Counted from the whole stretch's first letter, positions 26,261-47,253 are shown. The stretch is DNA of 63,771 nt, filler included, from Collodictyon triciliatum (GCA_043381765.1; 5 parts of 5 records of this genome joined end to end with filler, not necessarily neighbours in it), one strand, 5' to 3'. The notes: a model not told the origin generated them from the sequence alone. Numbers and translations are program-made.

Positions 26261-27052
26261 ATGGAAGTAATTGAATATAACGCCGAAAAGCCTGCCACGA
26301 GCAATCACATCCTTGAGGATTGGAAAGAGCAAATAATCCAAAGCATAAATTCGATAATCAAACAAAATTGTTTCCATGGAGAATCCACCACTATATCTGA
26401 TTTCCTCACACAAGGGTGGTCAAACGACGTCTTTGGCATCACTGAACTCGTAAGTGGGATTGTCTATCTCGACCGCATCGGCATTATCTTAAATACACAA
26501 CAACAAGACCCAGAGCCTAAGCCAGCAAGATTTCATCACGCGGAGCAAGGTTCATTTGGGGCCATTCCTCGCCACAAGCGTAATGCAGTGACACAAAACG
26601 ATGTGGAGCTCCTCTTTGTTGCGGCTGTCCACCTTGCGTGCAAGTACATGCAAGATGACCCCTTCACAACAACCTCCTTCTCCAGAATATCAGGGTACCC
26701 CTCGAGACTCTTGGTCAAAATCGAGGTGCTTCTCATCGGATATCTCTCATGCAACCTGTCTGTCTCCAAGGACTCGTGGAGTACAGTCTGCCAACTTCTC
26801 CTCGGACCATACCCACGGCTTCCAGCAGCCGCCCTTACTGGCGTTGATACCATACCATCTCCGGCACCGGGCGAATCCGACCCTGACTCGACGAACGGCA
26901 AAGACTGCCCAACCCCACAAGCAACATCCCCAGACAAGCGGCCTGCCCTTGAGCTCTGCAGCCAACGGGGCGACCGCAAACCGTACGAATCAGGCAACGC
27001 AGCCGCCCACATGGAAACCCACCACGCCAGCCAAAGTCCCGTGCCTGTGTAA
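26261..27052 (+). CDS. PHO80/Pcl-like (P/U-type) cyclin, intronless CDS, Pro/Ser-rich tail
   Basis: 263 aa ORF with cyclin box: ELVSGIVYLDRI ... LFVAAVHLACKYMQDDPFTTTSFSRISGY...LVKIEVLLIGYLSCNLSV. Confidence 0.85.
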   Translation: MEVIEYNAEKPATSNHILEDWKEQIIQSINSIIKQNCFHGESTTISDFLTQGWSNDVFGITELVSGIVYLDRIGIILNTQQQDPEPKPARFHHAEQGSFGAIPRHKRNAVTQNDVELLFVAAVHLACKYMQDDPFTTTSFSRISGYPSRLLVKIEVLLIGYLSCNLSVSKDSWSTVCQLLLGPYPRLPAAALTGVDTIPSPAPGESDPDSTNGKDCPTPQATSPDKRPALELCSQRGDRKPYESGNAAAHMETHHASQSPVPV

Positions 27053-28029
27053 ATCCCTCTCTGCAACCCACCCATTCGCCCTCTGCATCGCGCGGCGCCA
27101 AAGATTTCGACGGCCCATCCACCCGGCAGCCCCCGGGAAAACAAGCAGACTCGCCCCAAAGAACCGATAAGCCGTTTCCTTGGGGACACCAGGAAAGCAA
27201 AGAAAAAGAAGTAAATAAAGAAAACAGGAAATATATATATATATAAAAAAAAAAGGTTTGATGCACTAGCCAATCTTTGGTGCGACAGATTTAGGAAGGG
27301 TGCGGTGTATTCCACCTGATGGGGTTCTTGATATACATATTTTATAAATTCTATGTATTTTCTCATGCTATTTAGGATAAACTATATCACTTAACGCATG
27401 ACTTAGGTAGTATATAATCAGAACATTAATTTCCAGGTTTAGCATTGATACACCGAGAATCGAACACCTTCCCCTCTCGACCCCGCTTTTTTTTTTATCT
27501 ATTGGATTCTTGATTTTTTGGAATGAGATCGTTGGAGCCAGAGCTTTGATGCAACGCCGATCCCTCGCCCGATGAAGCCTCGTCATCTAACAGACAGCCA
27601 GCTGACTTGTCCGCTCCTGTTCTTGTAAACAACATGCCCCTCTTTACTTTCTTTTTTTCTTTTCTTTTCTATGCACACCCACAAATTGCTGGGGCTTTGA
27701 GTTGCCTGGATGGACTGGCCATGTTTGCTCGTGTCTGTCGGGCTGTGTCTACGTTTATGTAGGATATTAGGATCGTATTCTAATTGATGTGGTAACGATT
27801 ATAATTAGAGTTTTCCTTATCATTTTATTTGTTCAAAGAAAAAAGAAAAAAGAAAAATGGTATAGATGAAAAAAGCCAAACTATTCAGAGGCGAGAAGTA
27901 AAGCTGTGGGCTTTTCGATCAGCAGAGTTATTTCTCCTATGAAGCATATTCTTTTATGTCTTCCGCAGTAGACAATCCCATGGAATGTCTTGTGTCTATA
28001 CTAATTATTTGTCCAAGTCGGCTCGATTT

Positions 28030-29799
28030 ATGAATTCTGACATGGTTGATCAATTAGTCTTTGTAAGTCCTAATGATACTATATCTAGCCTCGTCATAAG
28101 AGCTGCGACTGGGTATGACAACGGTGGTCGGAACAATGGTACTTTTCTCTTTTTCTTATTAAAACATAGTCAAAGTAGATAAAAAAAATACCTATAATGT
28201 CTCCTGTACTATTTTAAAATAACCAAACGAACGAATGACCTATCTGCCTTTCAACCAGAAACTCTCTCGGCTTCCATACATCTTAATTATGTTTCTGTCT
28301 CAATTTTTTTCTCAAAAAAGTTAAAGCAATTATACTCACCAAGATGATGCCAATTAAAAACTTAGGCACTTGCTGATAGTGTCGATGCAATTAAAAAACG
28401 GTTGGTTACCGCCCAAGATATAAATCAGGTAGTTTTCTTTTCTCCGCTGGTCATTTTTTTTTTTTTAAAGGTCACAATTTCCATTCTTTTGCATACGTCT
28501 GTTAGAATTTATGAATACTGAATCTCTCATCATTTTTAAAGCTTCGAGGTTGTTTCTATGCCCTCGAGGAAGTAGCCCAGAAAAGTATCCTCTCGAAAAC
28601 AAAGCAGGTAATATAGCTCCCTAATTGTTTCCTGGATGACGAGTATAGCTTTCTTTCATAAAAGAATGATAACTCTTAATTCAAAGTCACATTACTTATC
28701 TGGGTTGTTTTCTACCAAGTGAAATGAACATTTAGATGGATCAAGTTTCAAACGTGTTATTCGCGAGCTAATATTCCCATTTGTCCATAAATTCATAGGT
28801 GGAAGCTTGTCGAAAGGAGTTAGAAGAGACAAAGGCCCGCCTAGCTGAAGTCACGAAACTGTCCGAGTTTCAAAGAGATCAAATCGAAAAAGGAAAGATG
28901 ATAGTATTTCAAGACATGCCCCCAAAGGTATAATACATCTTTTATCGACAGGAGCTACCAAGGGTCCTTTTACTATCCGACCTGAGCCATTATGTGCTAT
29001 CTTCATTTACTTCACACAAGTTCTATGTACACCTATTCTCTGCATTTTATTTCTATTGAATTTTTTTTTTTAAAAAAAGAAATAAAATATATTGTTCACG
29101 TTCATAATTTATAACGCATCTCGCTTTTCTTCCAAGACGTGGTCCCAAGAAATGACTCTACTGGATGGGATTTCAAACTATAAAAGACTTCAGAGGGCCG
29201 AGCATGATGCGAAAAAAGTGATTCTAACATTACTTCTGGGAGAAGTTGACACTATGGAAAGAGAGCGCACTGTAACTGTTGGGAAGCTGGAAAAAATGGC
29301 TCATCAAAGCGCTGAAATGAGAAATTTAATGCTCGCAAATATGAAGCCTGAGAAAAAGACAGACGTTCAATCACAAGACAATGTACTAAAGCAACTATTC
29401 TTCCATCAATAATATATATATTCTGAATAGCCCATAATCATTTTTAAAATCTGATTTTTCTGTCTCATCGACACAACGAGAGGAAATATGGTCTCTGGAT
29501 TATTCATGAAATTAACATACTCGTGATAATCTTATCATAAATTAGGTGCAACTTGTCAGGAAACTTATAGAAACCCATCAAACTGAAGTTAAATATCTTG
29601 ATGACACGATTCAGTCTTTGAATAGCGAAAAAATATTGGTACTTATTCAACGCTGTCTCATTCTTTTAATGATTATAATATTTTCTTCATTATCTGTTTC
29701 TTATATTTACGTCAAACTCAACTCATATTAAAATAAATAAACGCAAAAATAAGATAAACTAGAACTAAAAAAAAAACTAAAAAACTAAAAAAAAAAAAA

Positions 29800-29894
<95 letters not shown>

Positions 29895-32452
29895 AAAAAC
29901 TAAAAAACTAAAAAACTAAAAAACTAAAAAACTAAAAAACTAAAANNNNNNNNNNNNNNNNNNNNNNNNNNNNNNNNNNNNNNNNNNNNNNNNNNNNNNN
30001 NNNNNNNNNNNNNNNNNNNNNNNNNNNNNNNNNNNNNNNNNNNNNATACAAATACAAATACAAATACAAATACAAATACAAATACAAATACAAATACAAA
30101 TACAAATACAAATACAAATACAAATACAAATACAAATACAAAATACTCTACCATATCATATTTTACTCGACTGCAGTAAGGGTTTCCATTCTATTTCATT
30201 ATTCCCAGACGGAGAAGCAAATTCAAGACCAGAATGCTCATATTGAGATTTTGTCGAAGCAATATTCTGACAGCCTAGTAATGGTGAATCGTATAGTTGG
30301 GGCTGAAAATGAGGTAATTAAGAGCATACTTTTACCTTGATGTGATCCAGAATATATTTTCTTTGCAGAAAAATTATAGTGAATATATCTCGTTAGCAAT
30401 CTTGTAATCTCATATGCCGTCTAGTTAGTATTCGTACTAATCCTACATTTATCGCCACTATCCTTAGGATCTCATTACAGGAGCAAGCTACATAGCAACG
30501 AAGATAATACCTTATTATGAAAGCCAAGTAAATCAGCTTATGGGCCAAATACATTCCCTTCAGGTAATTTACTCTCGTTTTTAAATGTCTTTTTTTTGTT
30601 TTGTTGACATGACAGCGATCATCAGAAAGAAAATACCTTTTCTCATAAATTTGCAATATTCAACAGGCAAAGAACAAAGAACTAGAAGAGAAATTTTATC
30701 AGATCGGCGAGTCATTACACTCATTTGAAGAGGACAGACAAGTACAAAAAATCATCTTCATACGTTGAAAAAAAAATTACTTCTAAAGTAGTGATGATGG
30801 ACCCTTTTTCACTTAATTTCACTACGATATACTGCATTATTACCATATGTCTGCTCACACTCCCTAGAAAAAGGCAGCCAACTTGGAATCAATTGAAGAA
30901 AGACTTCGAAAGTTTAAGCTATCGATTCAACAGGGTCTATTAATGACACTATCCAGGATTCCGGTACACAATTCACAAAATCCTATTTCACGCAAAGAAA
31001 TGTCATCGAACAGTTTGACCTTTCTTCATCCCTGTCTTGTACACATATGATCTGATTTTTTGGGTCATGTCATATTCCAGGGCGAGCATGATCAAATCAG
31101 GATAGATGAATACATATCCCGGGCCCCTAGGGATACCGACGACTATGTCTCAAAGTCTACCACAATATCCCTACTGTCATCTGATTTTTATAATATACTA
31201 TTACATATATTTGAATTATTTTTATATCATCCGTCTCAATAACCTCATAAATATAGCTTTTTGATTGATAACATCATGCAAAAGTGTAATGCAACGTTCC
31301 GTAAGCTTAATCAAGAAATTGAGCAATGCCACCAAAATAAGGTAACCTGAAAACAGAATTCATCGGTGTATACGTTTGACTTAGATTTCGTGCCAGTTAC
31401 GAAACATAGTATACCACTATTACAATTAATCACACGTAATCTCATGCTAATTGTTCAGGTTATCGAACAAGAAAAACTAAACCGACTATACGACTCTGTA
31501 CTGAAGATTGGCTCCAACGACCCCACAGCCCCAGTCGCACGATCTTTCCAGATGGTGAAGACTCATAATCACAACGTCGCAATACACACAAACACGCTTT
31601 ATTAGAACGTGGCTCTTATTACCTTATTACTTTAGCTTAATATCTCATATTTGAGCCTAATATGAGTGTTGTTGATTGTTTTATGTAGCCTGGGACCAGA
31701 GACTACGCACCCAATGCCACACCAGATGTTCTGTCAAGCAGACTGCGAGATTTGGTGAGTAGTTGTAAATAAAAATACACATATACATTTATCGCTCCAA
31801 TTAATTCGAATGCACATTATTTATAAAATTCTATCGTTTGATAATATATACTTTTTTATGTCATAGGACTTACAGCTCAATCGTCGGGACGATGTGATCA
31901 AGCAACTTGACCAGAAATTAATGCAATCTGAGGAAGAAATTAGTGTACTTCGACAAGAGCTTGCCAAGGTAGCAAGAGTCCTACTACTCATAATTCCCTC
32001 CATATTGTCATCACCTTTAGGATGATTAGTTTTTAATGTATTGAACCGTAGTATGTCGCACTGGAGGAAGAATATCGCGCTTTCCAGAATCACTCAAAAG
32101 AAATGGAGGTACCAAAAAAATAGCAAATCTATATGGTTTTCTTTTCCGTTCACAAAATCATTTCCAGTCCTGTAAGTGTTCTCTTTTTTTTTTGTTTTTG
32201 TTTTACTTGCCACCCAACACAATAGAATGCCATTCGCGTCCGTGACGAACAGATTGACATCCTCTCCCGAAAGTTAAGTCAGCTAGAAGGTTTTTTTTCT
32301 CGGGATTAATTCATAAATGTAATTTTTTTTTCTTCCTTTCAATTTGTGCAAGATAGTGGGGATGTTACCACAAGTGTTATTCTTGTTAAAAAACCTATGA
32401 GATCGCTTCGTTTCTTAACATGGAATGTTACTCTGAAAACTAGTTGGAATTA

Positions 32453-32519
<67 letters not shown>

Positions 32520-35500
32520 ATCCTTTTTTATATATAGAGGATAACGTTCTCGCGGTTCAATTTATTGAAAATCTTTCAGTCCAAATGATGGCATCGAAGG
32601 AACAGTTCGAGAGAAATGTAAAAGATTAAATTCTGATATAATCTTCTTGTTCCCCTACTATATTTAGAGGTGATAAATACCAATATCAATAACAAGAATT
32701 AATTTTTTTTCAATATTTTTTTTTTAACGACACATCATATAAGGACCGACAAATCGAGATCCTGATTGACAGGATTAAGGAGTTGGAAGGACAAAAGAAG
32801 GCTAAAGTAGTCTCTCCAACACACATTCTACTCCTTCCTTTCTTCGTTCTCGGACCCTTATAACTTTTTAATTTCATATCTTCATACAAATATTTTTTTT
32901 ATTATTGTTAATAATTATTAGTTGGAATACTCACAGAGATGTATTACAAACTGGCTAATAATGCTTTCCAAATACTTTTTTACTTAATAAATTGGCAGAC
33001 TGAAATGCTCCGTAGAATTCAACAAGAACAGGAGGCTGGAATTGGGGCCAATCCAAGGCCGCACACTATGGAATATGTTGCACCTTTGACAAATAGTCCA
33101 GAGGACATTGAACTATCTGAACTGTTCAACAGTGCCCGACAAACCCTTCGAGCTATAGGAGAAAAGACAGCTGGGCAGGTACATCTCCTTCTCACTGATT
33201 TTGCCTCACCTGAATGCGACATTCCGATAAAATCCTTAAAAACAAACAAAGCAAACTATACGTAAAAAAAAAGAAAAAAGAAGGATACACAGCCATATTA
33301 ACATATATTATTTACTTATCATCCATGTTCGCTTCCTATCATATACACGATTCAGGATGCTACTCTAATGAACCGTGAGATGCTTGAAAGACTCTACGAC
33401 GAAGAGATTCAGGTTACTGCCGGGGAGATTCTCATGCGAGAGGAGCAGCTGGGCCTACTTGTGGACAAGCTCGGGGTTGCCGAAGTTGTCTTTGGCGACC
33501 TGATTGATAAGCTTGGACAGTTCAGCCACAATATGCGACTTTCGTCATCCCCTACCGGACGATTGATGCTGGACCCTCAGCACCGGGACCTGATGCGAAA
33601 CAAGCAGTGGTATGCAGACTCTCAGAGCGCAGCCCCAGCAGCACAGCCCCGGATGTATGCACCCACCATCGGCGCGTTCACTTCTCAAGTTCTTCAAATA
33701 CCGTCGTCTGGCGGACTGAATCTGCCGCCCTCGAATCGGTCGTACCAGCCTGGGACCTCTGCATTGTCTGCCCGAGAGCAGCCCCCAGCAATCTCGCAGA
33801 GCGCAAGGTCCTGGACCGCCCAAACCACGCCCCGCATGGAGCCTCCCGAGCAGGATGAGGAGCTCCCCCCGCAAAAGTCAGTCTACTCATCTGCAGGGTC
33901 GGCACACATCACGCCCCGACGCCGCCCTTCCGCCATGCCCATGCCCACAGACCTTCCGACTATCCAAGAATCAGGTACCATGGCGCTGAAAGCATGCTTG
34001 TAAAGCCCCACTGAAGACAACAGGAGCAGGAGCAGTGCTGCTTTGTTGTCCAGTAATTCAGCTTGGATGGCAGCCTATTTAGCGTTACATAGACATGTGT
34101 CTACACACAAGCGTACATGTCTGATGTTTGATCGTACGTTGTAAATTGTGATACGGGTATACACCACAGGTTCGATTCATTCACGGTCAGGAAACTCTGG
34201 ACGGAAGCAGAGTGTGGGCTCCTTTGTGCATCGCTCTCTCCCGAATATTGACTCGAGCGCGATGGCCAAGGGTACAGACACAAGTAGCTCCACCCGCCAA
34301 CGCTCCCCGACGACTGACTCCAGCCGCCGTCATATGAAGGATGAAGAATTTGAGGAAATAACAAACCTCTCAGTAATGTCCCAACCAACCATCAATGCAC
34401 GATAAGCCTCTTAGCCCATAGTATATTATGATATAATTATTTACAAGTCTAGTCTAATTTGATTTGTATACATTTAAAACATAGTCCACTCAATTGCATG
34501 AGCCAGGTAATCGAATCAATAGATACATTTTGCACATATTTTCTTATTTTTTAATTGTAAAATCCAGGTTTCCTATTGTTTTACATGTTTAGCTATCTGA
34601 CTTCTCTGAAAAACTAAAGTTAAAATTAATATTATTAACCTTCAGAGGAGCTTACCCTGCTAGTTGATGGGGAGCCAGTTGAAGGGAACCATCTGTTGGC
34701 TGTCGGGTCGATTGTGGACAAATATGCATCATCATCAATATTCACATGGTCTACATCATCTGCATCATCTTTCTCCATCATTATTAATTCTTTCCTACTC
34801 TTACCACCTTTTCATACATCATATTTGCACAGCTCGTTAAAGAGCAGCTTTATAGCTCTATCATTTTTAATGGAACATACACACACAAAAGATACAAAAC
34901 TTAGACAAAAAAAAAAAAAAAAAAAAAAAGAAAAAGAAAAGAAAAGAAAGAAGATATAGCTTGGGAGTTGACATGGTGTTCGAAAAGTGCATTCTATCTC
35001 ACATTTCAAATCCCAATCCCCAGCGCAAAGTGTTTCGTTTATTCAATCCTTCTCTTTACATGCAAAAAGGTCGAAAAGAATAGCAAACCGAGGGGAATTT
35101 ACAGACATCCCAGGGGCAAATAGACCTGAGTTCGAACTTACTCAATCTGACAGTCAGTTTCTTCTTCCCCCCGTTGACTTTCCCTAGACCTTTTTGTTAT
35201 AGTGCTCACGTATAATTTTAATATACTATAATGGCTGGGTTAAGAATGTCCTGTATTTCAAACTAATTCTTTTTCTTTCATTTTCACCCTAAGTTGGGTA
35301 TGAATTTAAATGCACTTGCGAGGCACGGGATAATAAAGGAGACATCATTACAGCATCGTCAACAAGCGCGCCAATTATCATGTGTAATCAATTAATTTTA
35401 TCTCGCTGCCGTCTTTTTATAATTTTCAGTTGATAATCTTTTGGAGATTTTTTTTTTCCTTTATTCGATTCAAAGATAATCTTTTGGAGATTATGGAGGC

Positions 35501-36276
35501 ACAAAATATCCACTCTGATTAAGGGAAATGAAACTATAGCCGCAAGATTTATAGCTTTAAGTAGAATAAAATAGGAGTAAAACAAAATACTAGCAAGACA
35601 AATTCAATCAAAAATATTTTATGAACCCTTTGGTTTGCAATATTTCATTCAAACGGATAAACTTTACTGTCGCATGTCTAGCAATACCGAGAATACTTGA
35701 AATTGAGGTACAAGGAGGACCATATCATACACAACAGTTATCTGTTAGAATCAAGGTATTCTTTATCCTCTAAATGTCGTCATATTTCTATCATAAATTG
35801 AAAGAATGAAAAGAAATTCTTTTTTTTTTTTTTTACCATCAAATATTCTATATATTTTGCCTATTTCACACGCCCGGCGCAATGTAGTTTTTCGATATAA
35901 GCATTAACCTCACGTATGTCATTCCTCATGCAGTATATTGGAGGAAGAGAAGGGCGCAGCGATATCCAATGGTTCCGTTCGGTGAATGGGGAACCATACG
36001 TTGCTATACTGGGTGACCATTTATTTAATCATATATATGTCGTATTATTTGTGATGATATTTCCATTGAAGCCGAAAGGTGTCATCCCCAAGGAATGCCT
36101 GCGTAAATTCTAAAGCGTCATATTCATTCAAAACCCAGGCGCAAATAATCGAACATACCAACCTTCTGTTGATGATATGCACACAAGCTTGCGAGTCGAT
36201 TACACCCCCGTCCGCTCCGATGGAATGAAGGGAGAGACGGCTAGCTGTATCGTCCCTACTTCTTACCTAACCGCAG
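28030..36276 (+). CDS. Long coiled-coil protein with C-terminal AIR9-type A9 (Ig-like) repeats; start uncertain, 3' end truncated
   Basis: About 28 in-phase GT-AG exons. Heptad-rich middle region. [15 protein letters not shown]...IFTW...[22 protein letters not shown] and EVQGGPYHT...[16 protein letters not shown]...[29 protein letters not shown] match the A9 repeat pattern. Confidence 0.8.
35432..35492 (-). mobile_element. 25 bp A-tailed micro-insert (TTTGAATCGAATAAAGG-A8) flanked by an 18 bp direct repeat
   Basis: GATAATCTTTTGGAGATT at 35432-35449 and 35475-35492. Confidence 0.55.
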
Positions 36277-36479
36277 GTGTGTGTCTTTGCGTAACCCTCT
36301 AACTTGTTACAGACTCTGTAGTATCTCTTTGCCAGTACTTTTTGTAGGGAAGGTGGGTCGCTGGAAATCACTTTTGATCAACCAACCAACCAACCAACCA
36401 ACCAACCAACCAACCAACCAACCAACCAACCAACCAACCAACCAACCAACCAACCAACCAACCAACCAACCAACCAACC

Positions 36480-36579
36480 NNNNNNNNNNNNNNNNNNNNN
36501 NNNNNNNNNNNNNNNNNNNNNNNTTAATTAATTAANNNNNNNNNNNNNNNNNNNNNNNNNNNNNNNNNNNNNNNNNNNN
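36480..36579. other. Artificial scaffold-joining spacer
   Basis: TTAATTAATTAA at 36524-36535 within Ns. Confidence 0.95.
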
Positions 36580-36681
<102 letters not shown>

Positions 36682-36777
36682 AAAGAGAAGAAAAAAAAAG
36701 AAGAAAAAAAAAGAGAAGAAAAAAAAAAAAGAGAAGAAAAAAAAAGAGAGAAGAAAAAAAAGACCAACCAGGAATAC

Positions 36778-38052
<1,275 letters not shown>

Positions 38053-38312
38053 TCCTGCGAGGAAACTTTGGACCGTGGGTCTGTATGTCTCTTCTTTTTT
38101 TTCTTTTTCTTTTCTTGCGAGTCTCTCCTGCTACAGCTTTCCTTGCTTTCAGGCACATATAATCGTTGGTTGTTTGGAGCGCCGCTTGTTCGTCGAGCAA
38201 CTTCAAAGAGGTTCGATGTTCACCATTATTATTATTATTATTATTATTATATTTCTTCCTGCTTTATTCGCGCTTTGGTGATGTTTGGTTTCCGCCAGGC
38301 GAATACCAAAGA

Positions 38313-44912
<6,600 letters not shown>

Positions 44913-45246
44913 ACTCTGGCTCTCGGTAGCGTACGCAAGACGGAGCCAATTGGAGCCTGGTTTCTCGCGCAGAACTTGGAGGCAAAAAGGGCGCGGGTCA
45001 AAGGATGAGAAGGAACGAGAAGAGAAAAAAACAAACTACCCTTATACTGCAAAGAAAATAACAAACGAAAAGAAAAAGTTTGGTGGTCTGGTGTTGAGAG
45101 CCGAAAAAGAAGAGAAGGCGATTGATATGACGGTACGAGCCCAGAGGCCGAGCGACGAGAGGAGAGAAGGAGAAGGAGAAGGAGAAGACTCCCCTCATAC
45201 CGCAGTGTGGCGCATCAGAGGCAGGAAAAAAAACAAGAATAATAAT

Positions 45247-46930
45247 ATGAGAATCAAGAAATCATTTTTTCTTCTGCCTGCAGTGCTCGCTCTTGTCTCA
45301 CTCTGTGTCTCTGTCTTTGCTCTTGTTGCTGCGCTCACAGTCGACTCGGCTTCTAGAAGAATGGCCCAGGCCCACGTCCCTCTAGGACGCATCGATCTTG
45401 GACTCGGCCAGCCCCAACTTTCGCACCTGCCGCATGCCATACTTGCTCGCTGCACCGAGGCACTTTTCACAAAGGTACAGACAAGCCGCAATAGCTATGT
45501 CCTTGACTGCTTTGTCTCAGACAAGCTTCCGCCCACCCCGCCAAGCCCTTCTCTCTAGGCAGTCGACAACGCTCCAGCTTAATTCTCGTGCGTCTAACCT
45601 GCCTCCTCCGAACTGACTCTCTTGCCCTCGCTTCTCCCAGGCGGACCACACCAAAAAGGCTGCTGAATCGCTGGCATATGGGAGACAGAACGGGCCGCCC
45701 TGTTTCCGTAAGGAGCTGGCAGATTACCTGGAGCGGAACGGCTTGCATCGCCCGGAGCCAGACTCGCTCTTTATAACCAACGGGGCTTCACAGGCCCTCG
45801 AGATGATTTGCTCTGTCTTTGGGGGCAGCTCGGACATTGTCTTGACGGAGAGCCCAACCTATTTCCTGGCCACTGCAATATTCAGGTTCGCCATCAGCCC
45901 AAAGCAAGGCCACTTTACCCGCAGGGACTAATCAGTTGCTCTTAGGGACCACAATATGGAGGTTGTCCCGGTTCCTGTCGACCAGGAGGGAATATGCATC
46001 GATGCGCTCGACACAATACTGCATCAGCTGGTGGCCTCTGGGAAGAAAGCCCGCCTTCTCTACACAATCCCGAGCTTTCAAAATCCAAGCGGGACCACTC
46101 TGCCTCTTGAACGGCGAAAACAGCTTTGCCGCTTGAGCTTGTCTTTCGGCTTTCGGATTGTAGCTGACGAGGTCTATCAACTGCTCCACTTCCCTGATCT
46201 CCCGCCACCGCTGCCTATGATGCAGGTTTTCCACTCAGTCATCCACAGCGAAGGAAAAGTAGCAGAGAATCTGACTGAAGGGCGGGATGAAGAAAGCAGC
46301 CCTCATAATGCTGGGCTCATCTCTATTGGTTCATTTAGCAAAATATTTTCTCCCGGTTTGCGTCTTGGGTGGATCGAGGCTGACCCTCGCGACATAGCGC
46401 GCTTCACACACCGCGGCTATCTCACCAGTGGAGGCGGGCTGAATCCTTTGGTCTGTGCTATCGTCGGGCTGGCGCTGAGCTCGAAAGCCGCCGATTTGCA
46501 CTTGCATATGCTCAGGGCAGTGTATGCAGAACGGTGTGGTGTTCTTTGTCAGGCCCTCATCCAAAGACTCGGGGCTATCGATATGGACGTGGATGTGGAT
46601 GGCCTCGAATCCGTGTACGTGCCTCCAAGCAAGCGCATCCTGTTCCAAAGGCCACACGGAGGCTACTTTGTGTGGCTTCGTCTCCCCTCCGGGACGGACG
46701 CAAGAAAGTTTCAAGAGTTTGCAATCCAAACACATGATGTAGCTTTTAAACCTGGGTCCCTTTTTGCCCCGTCAGGATTGTCTGGTGGGGTTGAGCCGCT
46801 CTCATCTTGCATCCGACTCTGCTTTGCGCACTATGACGGTCCCCAGCTGTGCGAGGCTGTGGAACGAATCGCCCTTGCTTGGGCAGACTTTATTGGGAAT
46901 GAAGCAAACAGTATAAAAAATCCTCTGTGA
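45247..46930 (+). CDS. PLP-dependent aminotransferase class I/II (AADAT/LysN/ARO8-like), 3 exons (45247 or 45361-45474, 45641-45885, 45947-46930)
   Basis: IDLGLGQP, LAYGRQNG..FRKELA, FITNGASQALE, ESPTYF, YTIPSFQNPSG, IVADEVY, GSFSKIFSPGLRLGW (PLP Lys), PHGGYFVW, IRLCFA. Confidence 0.92.
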
Positions 46931-47253
46931 GTGACCATTCCATAACACCGCGTCTTTGGGTTTACCAGAAGCATGCGTTTGAACGTGTGTAGATCGGCGA
47001 CATATATGAAAGGAAATAGGAGAAGTGGTGGGTGGGTGTGGTGGCTACTATCCCAAACTCTGTATTAACTCGATCAGTGTGTTTAATAAGACGGAGTAAA
47101 CATATTCATTTCGGAAGAGGTTGGCATGAAAAGGGGTTGAGAAGCGGGAAGAGTATATGGGTTAGCAGCAACCACCACTGCTTTTGGCATCAGAGTCGGA
47201 TGCAGCTTCGATTTGAACTCCCCCGCCACGAGTGTTCCTTGGAGCAGGAAGCG

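Noticed and set aside
26536-27366. 276 aa antisense ORF over the cyclin
   Set aside because: GC-rich shadow ORF without recognisable motifs.
36378-36479. (CAAC)n and other scaffold-end repeats as telomeres
   Set aside because: A different unit occurs at each scaffold end and they sit inside introns; these are microsatellites that broke the assembly.
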